Shown piece by piece: positions 30,442 to 40,066 of a stretch of 64,000 nt of DNA. A program made the translations under genes and the position numbers. The DNA is from an uncultured bacterium (GTDB lineage Bacteria; Oederibacteriota; Oederibacteriia; Oederibacteriales; Oederibacteriaceae): positions 2,784,001-2,848,000 of the forward strand of contig OZ218778.1 in NCBI GenBank assembly GCA_965112635.1. The letters are read 5' to 3'. Under the pieces are notes generated by a model. It did not search any database, was not told the DNA's origin, and was given only the letters and a program-made list of their open reading frames with translations. Numbering within the stretch: the first letter of the stretch is position 1; the number at the start of each line of letters is the position of its first letter.

Positions 30442-31407
30442 TCAGCCCTGGCCGGAATTGCTCGTTTTCGGCTGATAGTACACATCGCTGGTCGTGCCTT
30501 TTCGTTCTATCCTGGCCTGGTCCACCAGACCCTTCAATAACCGCTGGCAGGTCCTTTGCCTGAGGCTGAACCTGGCCGTGAGGTCATCCACCGTCGCCCT
30601 GCCTTTTTCCTCTATATAGAGCGCCACCTGCTCGCTCATTTTAGAGATGACCCTTTGCCTTGTTTTCCTGGGATGACCGGCCTGGTTTTGGCCCTGAGCC
30701 GGCCCAACTGCCCCGCTCCCGGGTTTAACAGCCTCTCCGGCCTGGCTCCCCGTACCGGACCCTTTCTGATCGTCCTCTCTCCCCAAATCCCCGGTATCCA
30801 GCATGGAAAGGACGAATAAAGCCAGCAAACGGTCTTTCCAGGGAATGGCCAGGGCTTTTTTGATGGCCTGCGCCTCTGTAGCCGCGGCCTGCGCACCAAT
30901 GCTTTTGGCGTGAGCTAGGAACCGCTGGCTCAGCCATTGCAAAGGCGCCAGGATCAGGCAAAACTTGATGGTCAGATCAAGGAAAATAATGTTGTTGAAA
31001 TCTTTGTCCCCCAAATAGAATCCGAGTGAATAAGCGCCCAGGATATGCAGGGTGAGCCAGAACAGGACCCAGAAGAACAAGGCATTGATGGAGATTAGCT
31101 CCTGCCAGCCAGGACTGGGCGTTTCCAGGCCCGCGCCAAACCGCGCCCAGGCCCTGAACTCCCGCCAAAGGACATAGAGGCACAGGAGGGTGATATAAAT
31201 GACGAATAAATGGCCAATTTGGGAGAAGTCATTAATGACGTTGATATCATTCCCAAAAGACCTAAAAAAACCAGGGCAATGGGTAAATAGAAAGCCAGTC
31301 AGGCGCATAGAGCGGACTCTAAGAAGAATAAGGGCCAGATGCAGGCTGCCGCTCACCCAGACCAGCCTGGCCAGGGTGCTTTGGGGGAATTTGATGAGTT
31401 TAAACAT
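30442..31407 (-). CDS. Polytopic membrane protein with C-terminal winged HTH
   Basis: About four TM segments, a low-complexity linker, then YIEEKGRATVDDLTARFSLRQRTCQRLLKGLVDQARIERKG. ATG 31407 lies 7 nt after TATAAT. Confidence 0.7.
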   Translation of the reverse strand: MFKLIKFPQSTLARLVWVSGSLHLALILLRVRSMRLTGFLFTHCPGFFRSFGNDINVINDFSQIGHLFVIYITLLCLYVLWREFRAWARFGAGLETPSPGWQELISINALFFWVLFWLTLHILGAYSLGFYLGDKDFNNIIFLDLTIKFCLILAPLQWLSQRFLAHAKSIGAQAAATEAQAIKKALAIPWKDRLLALFVLSMLDTGDLGREDDQKGSGTGSQAGEAVKPGSGAVGPAQGQNQAGHPRKTRQRVISKMSEQVALYIEEKGRATVDDLTARFSLRQRTCQRLLKGLVDQARIERKGTTSDVYYQPKTSNSGQG

Positions 31408-31414
31408 GGGAGGC

Positions 31415-31443
31415 ATTATACCAAAGGCTCCGTCTTGCGCCAA
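31415..31443 (-). promoter_or_regulatory. Sigma70 promoter giving a probable leaderless mRNA
   Basis: Minus strand reads TTGGCG-N17-TATAAT (extended TGn) followed by 7 nt and ATG. Confidence 0.65.
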
Positions 31444-31587
31444 TAAGGCAGCCTTGCCTTATCTCGCGCCAATTAAGGAGCGCAGGCAGGACGTTTTAAC
31501 TATTACAGCTATTAAACAAATATAATATCCCTCTGGGCCATCTTACGCCAATAAGCCATCCACCCTGCATCCCCATCTTACGCCAAT
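31433..31587. repeat. Four direct 12-bp repeats TCTYRCGCCAAT (putative operators)
   Basis: Copies at 31433, 31462, 31541 and 31576. Confidence 0.85.
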
Positions 31588-31607
31588 GAACTTACCTTGC
31601 GGCTGTT

Positions 31608-32117
31608 TTACCACTTGTCGTAATGGATGATCTCGCTCAGGGGCTTGCGGTTCAAGGTCCCGGTGTCCAGGGAATAGCCCAGCGGGGTCATGGCCAAAAT
31701 CTGGATGCCTGCTGGCACTCCCAGGGTTTCCCTGGCCTTTTCTTCATTGAGCGCTCCCACCCAGCAGGTCCCCAGACCTTCGTTATAAGCGGCCAGGACC
31801 AGGTGGGTCATGGCAATACCCAGGTCAACCATGGCTTCATTAAGCCCGTCCTTGCGCACCCAAGCCTTGGACTGGTCCACGCATCCTACGATAATTACCG
31901 GCGCCGTATAAAACCAAATATTCGGATATGCCTCTTTTAATTTGGTCTTGACCTTTTCGTCCTTGACCACGATAAAATGCCAAGGTTGCCTGTTGGCTGC
32001 CGAGGGGGCTATCCGGACAGCTTCCAATATCCTTTGCAGGGCCTCTTCAGGCACGCTCCGGGTCAGGTCATATTTCCTGACGCTTCTTCTTTCTTGAATG
32101 ACTTTGGTAAAATCCAT
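31608..32117 (-). CDS. Nitroreductase-family protein
   Basis: RRSVRKY, APSAANRQPW, GLGTCWVG. Confidence 0.93.
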   Translation of the reverse strand: MDFTKVIQERRSVRKYDLTRSVPEEALQRILEAVRIAPSAANRQPWHFIVVKDEKVKTKLKEAYPNIWFYTAPVIIVGCVDQSKAWVRKDGLNEAMVDLGIAMTHLVLAAYNEGLGTCWVGALNEEKARETLGVPAGIQILAMTPLGYSLDTGTLNRKPLSEIIHYDKW

Positions 32118-32163
32118 AATAACCTCCTTGCCCGCCGTAGTTTTAACGAAGGCGGGCTATTAA

Positions 32164-32676
32164 CTACCACTTATTATAATGGACGATCTCGCTCAACGCC
32201 TTACGACCCGTAACTCTTGGCTTTTCCAGGGAATATCCCAGCGGGGTCATGGCATAGACCCGGACCGGGCCGGGGATCCCCAGTATCTTTTTCACTTTGA
32301 CCTCATCGAACATCCCTATCCAGCAGGTCCCCAGGCCCTCATTGTGGGCCGCCAGGATGAGGTGGGTCATGGCGATGGACAGGTCGCCCAGGCTGTAGTC
32401 GAGCCCGTCCGGCCTGACCCAGGCCTTGGTGGGGTCGCAGCAGGCCACGATGACCACCGGCGCCGCGTGGTCCCAATCCTGCAGATAAACCTCTTCTATC
32501 CTCTGTATGACCTTGGGGTCTTTGAGTACAACAAAATGCCAGGGCTGGAAATTGCAGGCCGAGGGCGCCGATCGTGCGGCGTCCAGTATCCGTTCCAGGA
32601 CATCTGCCGGGACGGGCTTGCTGGTGTCGTATTTCCTGACGCTCCGCCTTTCCTTGATGACCTTGGTAAAGTCCAT
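32164..32676 (-). CDS. Nitroreductase-family protein (tandem paralogue)
   Basis: RRSVRKY, APSACNFQPW, GLGTCWIG. Confidence 0.93.
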   Translation of the reverse strand: MDFTKVIKERRSVRKYDTSKPVPADVLERILDAARSAPSACNFQPWHFVVLKDPKVIQRIEEVYLQDWDHAAPVVIVACCDPTKAWVRPDGLDYSLGDLSIAMTHLILAAHNEGLGTCWIGMFDEVKVKKILGIPGPVRVYAMTPLGYSLEKPRVTGRKALSEIVHYNKW

Positions 32677-32689
32677 GACTACCTCCCCT

Positions 32690-33400
32690 TTATGCTTTAA
32701 CCGACTTCACAATGCTTTCATCCGTGGTGGAGACAACCTTATAGCCCGGCTCCACGACCAGGAATCTTTTCTCGTCCCAGCGGCCCTCCACCATATCGCG
32801 TAAAAGTTTTGGGTCGCCTTGGAGAAAATCACATTTCCAGCCCAGCTCTCCAGCGCATTTCTTAGTATACTCCCGGTGGCTGGAGGTGTCCCCGAATCCC
32901 AGGTCCACATAAGCGGCATTGTTATAATTCTTGAACCAGGCCTGCTCAGTTTCCATCAGGTATTTGGCGTTTTCTTCCCCGTATTTCTCCACATATTCCT
33001 GGTATTTATTCTCCTGCCGCTCTTTGCCCGGCTGGGTGCCTGTTTCTATCCATCCCGGGCTGTACCAGTAAGTGCCGGGATGCTGGTCAAAATATTCCCG
33101 GTAACGCTCACAGGAACCGAGGAAAAAGGTCACGCAGTCATGCGCCCTGACCAGCACGAGTTTATTGGTCTTGGCCTGGAGCCCCTCCACGCCCCGGCTG
33201 CACAGGCCATAGCCTACCAGCACGGCATCGCAGGGCCTGGCCTCATCGCAGGCTTTCTGCAGGGTCTTCAGCAACAGCCCCGGTGTGTTATGCAGTCCCT
33301 GCTCTAAAAAATTAAAAGTGAACTCATGGGGCGACAGGGAGGCGAAGTAGCAGAATTCCCGCCACAGGACCTGGCAGGCAATGACATGGAATTTTCTCAT
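32690..33400 (-). CDS. DUF1638-domain protein
   Basis: IAC, GLHNTP, GYGLCS, AHDCV, YWYSPGW. Confidence 0.85.
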   Translation of the reverse strand: MRKFHVIACQVLWREFCYFASLSPHEFTFNFLEQGLHNTPGLLLKTLQKACDEARPCDAVLVGYGLCSRGVEGLQAKTNKLVLVRAHDCVTFFLGSCERYREYFDQHPGTYWYSPGWIETGTQPGKERQENKYQEYVEKYGEENAKYLMETEQAWFKNYNNAAYVDLGFGDTSSHREYTKKCAGELGWKCDFLQGDPKLLRDMVEGRWDEKRFLVVEPGYKVVSTTDESIVKSVKA

Positions 33401-33413
33401 GGGATAACCTCTT

Positions 33414-36400
33414 TTAAAAGGTCACGACTTCGGTGTCCCTGACCATTTGCTTCAGTTCTTTTTGCCAATTTTCCCCACCGGCTTTGCGGGCCAGTTCCAC
33501 CGCGATATGCCGCGGACGGATGCCCAGCCCGGAATTACGGCTCAGACCCTGGATGCAAGAGGGGCAGTTGGTCAGCATCATGGCGCCCCCCGGCCTTTTT
33601 TCCATGGCGCTGCGGATGGCATCGGCTTTTTGGCCCAGCATCTTGTGGGATATATCCGGCCGGCTCAGCGCCAGGGTGCCCGCCTCCGAGCAGCAATGAG
33701 GCACGGCTTCCAGTTTGCACTCACAGCGCCGTCCCATAATCTCTATGGCCTTGGAATTGAACGAATCGTGGCACGGTTTGTGGTATAGATAATTGCCTCC
33801 CCCATCCACCCTGAGCCCGTATTCCAGGGCCAGTTGGCTGGCGTCCTTGACCCCGCATTCGAAGATCTCGTCCGCGGCCATTCCTTTCAGGGCCTCCATG
33901 CAGGTCCCGCAGCTCACGGCGACGCTGTCAAAGTTGAGGTAGCGGAACATCTCCCGGATTTGGCTGAAGATGATGGTGTCGTCCAAAACTTTGGAGCCCT
34001 GCTCGGCCCTCCTGGCGTTGACGCCAAGCGGAAAGCCGCAGCACAAAAACGGCGGCGGTAGGACCACCTTGATGCCGGCCTTGAGCAGGATATAGAGCGT
34101 GGCCTTGGAAATGTCCGAGTAGAGCCGCTCCGACCCGCATCCCGGAAAATAGAACACCGTAGCGGAAGTTTCCCGTTCCGGCGAGATGAGCAGGGACTGG
34201 TAGGACTGGCACTCGGGCAGGAACTTGTACAGCGTCTGGGGCGCGGGCCGCTGGATGGCCGTCCTCACGACCGACAAAGGCCAAATGGCCTTAAAACTCA
34301 TTAAATTAGGGACAAAACGCAGCGCTTTGGAGGCCGCCCCCTGTGCCAGGCTACCCCACCGCAGGATGAACTTGCGGAACATGGCGTTGTAAAATTTGGA
34401 CCGGCTGGTGAGATAGCTCAGGGTCATCCGGGTCAGCAAGCTGCTGTGCTTGAACTTGCGCGTCTTGAGGATCTCCCGTTCCAGGATGGAGACCTCGCCC
34501 GTGTCGATGTCCACCGGGCAGGGGGCCAGGCACTTGTGGCAGATGGTGCAGTGGTCGGCGATCTCCTCCAGATATTTGAGGTTCTCGTATTTGGTGGAAT
34601 GGAACCTCTGCGCGTCATAAAGCAGGGCCTCGATCAGGGAGGCGATGGCCAGGTTCTTGTTGCGCGGATGAAAGAACATCCCCTGCCTGGCGTAGAACAC
34701 GCAGCAGTTGGCCTTGCACCGGCCGCAGCGCACGCACTTGGATATCTTGTCCGCCAGTATCTCCAGGGACCCGTTCTGGATGATGCGGGCCTCCAGCTCC
34801 AGCAAATTGAATGAGGGCGTGAACACCCGGTCCGGGACCTCCAGGTCCGAGAGCTTACCCGGGTTCATCAGGCCCTGCGGGTCGACCTCCTTGCGGTATT
34901 GGTTGAGCTCCAAAAGCCGCTCCGGCTCCAGATGCTTGAGCTTGGTCACGCCGATGCCGTGCTCGCCGCTCACCACCCCGCCCAGCTCCACGGCCTTAGC
35001 CATGATGACATCCGCCGTGTCCGCGGCCCGGTGCATCATCTCCCTGTCGTTGGACAGCACCGGAATGTTGACGTGCACGTTGCCGTCCCCGGCGTGCATG
35101 TGGGTGGCGATCACGATGATGCGGTTACGCTCCTCTTTGAACACGCGGTCCATGCCCTGGTGGATGGCTCCGTAGCCCGCGAACAGTTCTTTGAGGGCCG
35201 ACACCAGCTCCTTCAAGTACACGCTCTCCCTGAGCTGGCGTTTGCCGGCTTTACCCAGGCTTTCCATCGTCCGCAGGCACAGCTCCGCGGCCGGCCCCAG
35301 CTTGGCGCTGAGCGCTCCGTCCTCCTGCTGGCCGACGGACTGCTCCAAATACTCCTGGAGCCTTTTGATGGTCTGCTGGTGGCTGTATTGCTCCTCATCA
35401 ATATTGAACTGCTCGATATACCGGCTGAATTCCGCCAAGACGGTCAGGGGCAGGACGATGTCCTCGTTGAGCTTGAAAGCGTTGGTGCGCCTGGAAATGG
35501 CCTCCAGTTTTTTGCGGTCCTGCCAGAAAAGCTCGGCCTCGGCCTCATCTTTGGCGCTAAAAAGATAGGTGTTCTTGTGGGGTTCCAGCAGGGCCGTTAA
35601 ACGCTGCCTGCCCCGCTCCAGCTGCTCCGGCGTATGGCTGACCATGTCCAGGAGGACCACGGCGTTGGGCCGGCCCCCCCGGGCTGATTTGACCTTATAA
35701 TCAATGGCCTGGATGTACTCCTCGTCAAAATGCTCCACGGAAAGCAGGGCTTCCTCGCCCTTGTTGATGAACTCCCGGGACAGGTCCAGGTTGACCTGGC
35801 TGGCCTCGTCCGGCGTGCCGAAAAATTCCAGGCAAAAGGTCGCCCTGGCCTCATAGGCCGGGTAAAGGACGAACCGGGCCGAGGTGATGACCCCATCCGT
35901 GCCTTCTTTTTGCAGGCCCGGCAAACCTTTCAGGGATTTGTTGGTGATGTCTTTCCATAGCCCGTTCTTGCGTATCTCATTGCCTCTGAGGACCACGGTA
36001 AAGGCGAGCTGGCCCGTGGCACGGTCCCAGACCTCGAACTTGACCTCGTCCGCCGGCAATATCTTCCTGAGGGGGTGGTTAACCCTCTCCACCCGCCACT
36101 CCTTGCCCCCGGGCATGGAGATGTTGTAGGACAGCACGTTGTCGATGGCCGTGCCCCAGAGCACCGCGGACTTGCCGCCGCTGTTCTCGGACAGGTTGCC
36201 GCCCAGGGTGCAGGCCCAGGCGCTGGTCGGGTCCGTGGCAAAGACCAGCTTGTTCTGGCTGGCCAGGTGCATGGCGTTCTCGGTGATGACCCCGGCCTCC
36301 CCTTCCAGGACCTGGACGTTCCTGGAACGGCCCTGCTCGTCCGTCATGACCGTCATCCGGATGCCCCGGATCTGGTTGAGCTTTTCCGTATTGACCATCA

Positions 36401-37025
36401 CGCAGTCCGGCATGACCGGCACATTGCCTCCGGTAAGCCCCGTGCCCGCTCCCCGCGGGATGGCCGAGAGCCCCAGTTTGCCCAGAGCCACCAGGAGCGG
36501 CCCGACCTGTTCTTCTTTGGAGGGGGTCACCACGGCCAGGGGAAGGTATAACCTCCAGTCCGTGGCATCCGTGGCGTGGCTGACCAGGGTAAAGGGGTCA
36601 AAGAGCACGTTCTCCGGCCCGATGATGGAGCCCAGGACGCCCTTGAGCCTGCGGCGTTTGCGTTCCTGGCTGGAGAACTCCTTGGCCAGGTCCTCCAGGT
36701 AGGCGCGGCAGCGGGAGATGATGTACATGACGTCGGAGTTGCTGGCCGAGTTCTTTTCGATGATGTCGAGGTCTTTGGTGGCCGCGTCCCGGAGGGTCTT
36801 GAGCCTCTTGGGCGAGTCCGCGAGCTCCTGGGCCAAAAAGGGGTTGCGCCGCAGGATGAACATGTCTCCCATGAACCGCAGGAGCAGTTTGGCCGACCGG
36901 CCGGTCACCCTCTGGCTGCGCAGGCGCTCCAGGGCGTCCCAGACCCTGAAGTCGAACAGGATCTTGACGATCTGGGAGTCGTCCGCCGAAGTGTAGTTGT
37001 ATGGTATTTCCCTGAACTTGTTCAT
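33414..37025 (-). CDS. FAD-linked oxidase / 4Fe-4S / CCG-domain oxidoreductase (DUF3683-type)
   Basis: REIPYNYTS N-terminus, PRGAGTGLTGG, HAGDGNVH, SGEHGIG, CVRCGRC, CTICHKC..PCP, CCG. Confidence 0.9.
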   Translation of the reverse strand: MNKFREIPYNYTSADDSQIVKILFDFRVWDALERLRSQRVTGRSAKLLLRFMGDMFILRRNPFLAQELADSPKRLKTLRDAATKDLDIIEKNSASNSDVMYIISRCRAYLEDLAKEFSSQERKRRRLKGVLGSIIGPENVLFDPFTLVSHATDATDWRLYLPLAVVTPSKEEQVGPLLVALGKLGLSAIPRGAGTGLTGGNVPVMPDCVMVNTEKLNQIRGIRMTVMTDEQGRSRNVQVLEGEAGVITENAMHLASQNKLVFATDPTSAWACTLGGNLSENSGGKSAVLWGTAIDNVLSYNISMPGGKEWRVERVNHPLRKILPADEVKFEVWDRATGQLAFTVVLRGNEIRKNGLWKDITNKSLKGLPGLQKEGTDGVITSARFVLYPAYEARATFCLEFFGTPDEASQVNLDLSREFINKGEEALLSVEHFDEEYIQAIDYKVKSARGGRPNAVVLLDMVSHTPEQLERGRQRLTALLEPHKNTYLFSAKDEAEAELFWQDRKKLEAISRRTNAFKLNEDIVLPLTVLAEFSRYIEQFNIDEEQYSHQQTIKRLQEYLEQSVGQQEDGALSAKLGPAAELCLRTMESLGKAGKRQLRESVYLKELVSALKELFAGYGAIHQGMDRVFKEERNRIIVIATHMHAGDGNVHVNIPVLSNDREMMHRAADTADVIMAKAVELGGVVSGEHGIGVTKLKHLEPERLLELNQYRKEVDPQGLMNPGKLSDLEVPDRVFTPSFNLLELEARIIQNGSLEILADKISKCVRCGRCKANCCVFYARQGMFFHPRNKNLAIASLIEALLYDAQRFHSTKYENLKYLEEIADHCTICHKCLAPCPVDIDTGEVSILEREILKTRKFKHSSLLTRMTLSYLTSRSKFYNAMFRKFILRWGSLAQGAASKALRFVPNLMSFKAIWPLSVVRTAIQRPAPQTLYKFLPECQSYQSLLISPERETSATVFYFPGCGSERLYSDISKATLYILLKAGIKVVLPPPFLCCGFPLGVNARRAEQGSKVLDDTIIFSQIREMFRYLNFDSVAVSCGTCMEALKGMAADEIFECGVKDASQLALEYGLRVDGGGNYLYHKPCHDSFNSKAIEIMGRRCECKLEAVPHCCSEAGTLALSRPDISHKMLGQKADAIRSAMEKRPGGAMMLTNCPSCIQGLSRNSGLGIRPRHIAVELARKAGGENWQKELKQMVRDTEVVTF

Positions 37026-37053
37026 TGTCTTTTTCCGTTCCGGTGAAAAGAGG

Positions 37054-37707
37054 TCAGCCCATCAACACGGCGTAAGCCGAGGAAATGACGGGCAAAAAGA
37101 ACGTTCCAAAAATGCTGCTGTGGTCAAAAATGGGCAGCAGAAGGAACAAGATAAGGAACATCCCCCACTGCTCCACCCTCATCAGGCGAAGGACCATGGT
37201 CTGGGGCAGCAGGCTGTACAGGATCTTGGAGCCGTCCAGCGGCGGAATGGGCACCAGGTTGAAAAAACCCAGAACAAGGTTGAGCTGGACGCTGGCGATG
37301 CTGATCTCGCGGAAAAGCACCCATGCGGTCAAGCCCGTGTTGCTGTTCTGTTCGACCCACCCCTGGGTGAGCAAAAGGACTTTGAAAACCCCCGCGCAGA
37401 CAAGGGCCAGTAGAAAATTAGCCCCGGGCCCGGCCGCGGATACCAGGATGGTATCCCTGCGGAAGTTCTTGAGCTTGGTGAAATTCACGGGCACCGGCTT
37501 GGCCCAGCCGATCATCTGGGTCAAAACCAGGACAATGGTCCCCAAAAGGTCCAGGTGGGCAAAAGGGTTGAGGGTCAGCCTCCCCGCCATATAGGCCGTG
37601 TCGTCGCCCCTCCAGTAGGCCATCATGCCGTGGGCGTACTCGTGGATGGTGATAGCCATCAAAAAGGAGATGGCCAGGGGGGTGTACATGAGTATGTATT
37701 CTCGCAT
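37054..37707 (-). CDS. Site-2 protease (peptidase M50)
   Basis: HEYAH, AGPGAN, NLVPIPPLDG. Confidence 0.95.
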   Translation of the reverse strand: MREYILMYTPLAISFLMAITIHEYAHGMMAYWRGDDTAYMAGRLTLNPFAHLDLLGTIVLVLTQMIGWAKPVPVNFTKLKNFRRDTILVSAAGPGANFLLALVCAGVFKVLLLTQGWVEQNSNTGLTAWVLFREISIASVQLNLVLGFFNLVPIPPLDGSKILYSLLPQTMVLRLMRVEQWGMFLILFLLLPIFDHSSIFGTFFLPVISSAYAVLMG

Positions 37708-37827
37708 GACGGATTCCTTTGCTTGCGGCCTGAAGCCGCTAAAAATTGCTTAATTATAGCACAGACAGGCCCGTCCGCTTAACGGGAAGGCCCCATCCGG
37801 CGGCAGGCCCTTACCCTTTCCAGGAGC

Positions 37828-37959
37828 GGCGGGCCGAAGGCCTCGCCATCCTATCCATTGCTCTTTGTCGCTTTGATCCTTTCCAATAGAGGCGGGCCGA
37901 AGGCCTCGCCATCCTATCCATTGCTCTTTGTCGCTTTGATCCTTTCCAATAGAGGCGGG
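37828..37959. repeat. Perfect 63-bp tandem duplication covering the 3' end of the M48 gene
   Basis: Units start at 37828 and 37891, with 6 bp (ggcggg) of a third at 37954. Confidence 0.95.
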
Positions 37960-39161
37960 TGGTTGTAGTGCACGAAAACGTAAAAAGGGTGCGGGGTCAG
38001 GTTGGACAGATTGTCCCGTGAAAGTTTTTTCAGGCATTCCACCAAAACCTCAGCCGGCGGCGCGGTCTGGGCCGCGAACTTGTCCGCTTCGAACTCGTTA
38101 TGCCGGGAAAGCATGTTGATGAAAAGCGAGAGGATGAGTTCCAGCGGGGCGTATAGGAGGCCGAAAAAAATGAACCCGGCGTAGAGCGGCACCTTGTCCA
38201 TGTAAAAGGCGGCGTATAGGCCCGCCTGGCTGAGGAAAAGGGAGAGCAGGAAGAACACAACCCCGCTGTTGAGGATGCTGATGGCCATGTTCAGCAGAAT
38301 ATGCTTTTTCTTATAATGACCGATTTCGTGCGCCAGCACGGAAACCATTTCCTGGGCCGTGTGCTTGGCGATCAGGGTGTCAAAGAGCGCGATCCGTTTG
38401 TGCCTGCCAAACCCGGAAAAAAAGGCATTGCCCTTACTGCTGCGTTTGGAGCCATCCATGACAAAGACATTTTCCAGGGAGAATTTCACAGACTGCGCAT
38501 AGTTGAAAATCCCCGTTCGCAGTTCCCCCTCCGGAAGCGGGGCAAACTTGTTAAAGAGCGGCATGATCCAGGTCGGGAAAATATAGTGGATGAACAGCAG
38601 GAACAGGCTGGCCGCGGCCCAGGCCCAGAGCCAGGCCAGGGAGCCCGCGTAAAGGAAAAAGGCCAGGATGCCGGCCAAAAGAGGCCCGCCCAGCACAATG
38701 GTCAGCCCGATGCTTTTGACCAGGTCCAGGACAAAGGTGGCCGGCGTGGTCTTGTTGAACCCGAACCGTTCTTCAATGACAAAGGTATCGTGGATATCGA
38801 AGGGTAAGGACAAAAGCATATTGAGGAACAGGAGGACGCCGATATAGACCAAGCCGCTCACGATGACCCCGCAGCCCAGCCTCCCCACCCAATGGTCCAA
38901 ATAATTGAAACCACCCAAAAACCAGAACAGCAACAGCACCAGGAGGTCAAAAGTGCCGCTCACTTGCCCCCAGCGGGTGCGCGTCCGGGTGTATTCCTGG
39001 GACTTACGGTAAGCTTCGTCGTCATACAGGCCCTTGAGCTCCTCAGGCACCTCAGCCCGCAGGGATTTCAGGTTCAAAAGGTCGGCGATGAGCTCCAGTC
39101 CGTAACTCAGGACCAGGGTGGTTAAAATGATGATGCTGTATATGTTCATAACTGCGTTCAC
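37914..39161 (-). CDS. M48 (Ste24-like) zinc metallopeptidase
   Basis: GFNKTT, DGSKRS..NAFF, HEIGH, EFEAD, HPPLLER. Confidence 0.95.
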   Translation of the reverse strand: MNAVMNIYSIIILTTLVLSYGLELIADLLNLKSLRAEVPEELKGLYDDEAYRKSQEYTRTRTRWGQVSGTFDLLVLLLFWFLGGFNYLDHWVGRLGCGVIVSGLVYIGVLLFLNMLLSLPFDIHDTFVIEERFGFNKTTPATFVLDLVKSIGLTIVLGGPLLAGILAFFLYAGSLAWLWAWAAASLFLLFIHYIFPTWIMPLFNKFAPLPEGELRTGIFNYAQSVKFSLENVFVMDGSKRSSKGNAFFSGFGRHKRIALFDTLIAKHTAQEMVSVLAHEIGHYKKKHILLNMAISILNSGVVFFLLSLFLSQAGLYAAFYMDKVPLYAGFIFFGLLYAPLELILSLFINMLSRHNEFEADKFAAQTAPPAEVLVECLKKLSRDNLSNLTPHPFYVFVHYNHPPLLERIKATKSNG

Positions 39162-39184
39162 CTCGGCAGACAGGGTAGCCCTGA

Positions 39185-39484
39185 CTAATGGGCCAATCTA
39201 AGACTCAGGTCAAAAAGGGTTTTTACCAGAAAATCCCTGAGAAAATACAGGATCAGCAGGGCGAACACCGGCGACAGGTCCAGGCCGCCCATCGGCGGGA
39301 TGATCTTCCTGAAAGGCCACAGGACCGGACGGCACAACTGGTCCAGCATCCTGCTGACCGGGTTCCAGGGGTCCACCCCGACCCAGGACAGCAGGACATA
39401 AGCAATAATGACCCAGCAATAAAGCCCCATCACCGCGTCAAGAAGCTTGGCCAGGGCCACGATAAGGTTACTGACTACGAACAT
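39185..39484 (-). CDS. yggT: YggT-family membrane protein
   Basis: LLSWV..DPWNP, PFRKIIPPMGGLDLSP. Confidence 0.93.
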   Translation of the reverse strand: MFVVSNLIVALAKLLDAVMGLYCWVIIAYVLLSWVGVDPWNPVSRMLDQLCRPVLWPFRKIIPPMGGLDLSPVFALLILYFLRDFLVKTLFDLSLRLAH

Positions 39485-39508
39485 AGTTCCTTATAGCCTC
39501 CTTATAAT

Positions 39509-39548
39509 AAAATCCCCCTCTTCTGAAAAACCAGGAGAGGGGGATTTT
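39509..39548 (-). terminator. Hairpin, probable terminator
   Basis: aaaatccccctct…agagggggatttt inverted repeat just after the stop of 39560-39949. Confidence 0.7.
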
Positions 39549-39559
39549 GGTTTGCTTGA

Positions 39560-39949
39560 CTATTTACCTTGGTCTTCAGTGGCGGCTTTGGCGGCCTTGC
39601 CCATCTTTCCGTGCTTCATGTCTTTCATGGGCATCATTCCTTTATCTCCCATGGGCCCCATTTCACCTGGATTTTTGCAGACCCCGTCCTTGCAGTTCTC
39701 ATCCATACAGCCGCAACCGTTCTTGTCCCACCCGTGGTGCCACCCTGGATGCATCGGCCCCGCGACCAGGACCAAAATGCCCAGGCTCAGGATGATGCCG
39801 GCCACAACCCATAAAAGCACCGCCACGGCCGTGCCAAAAGTCTTAAGCGGTCCGCCCTCGACCTTGCGGTTCGCGAACAGGACGAAATAACTCACCGTCA
39901 AAAGCATCATGGTGGGAATGAGCGCCACCAAACCGACCATATGTCCCAT
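39560..39949 (-). CDS. Small two-TM protein with His/Cys/Met-rich tail
   Basis: GGAGG RBS; two TM helices, then MHPGWHHGW…CGCM..C..VC…MGPMGDKGMMPMKDMKH. Confidence 0.75.
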   Translation of the reverse strand: MGHMVGLVALIPTMMLLTVSYFVLFANRKVEGGPLKTFGTAVAVLLWVVAGIILSLGILVLVAGPMHPGWHHGWDKNGCGCMDENCKDGVCKNPGEMGPMGDKGMMPMKDMKHGKMGKAAKAATEDQGK

Positions 39950-40066
39950 ATCTGTTACCTCCCTAGCCCTTTGGGGTTCAGCCCATCAGGGCAAAATTGC
40001 AACACTTAAGGATATTTTACTACTTTTTAGGCAACTCTTCCCTATTTTTTAGGTAAGCAAGGAGGG

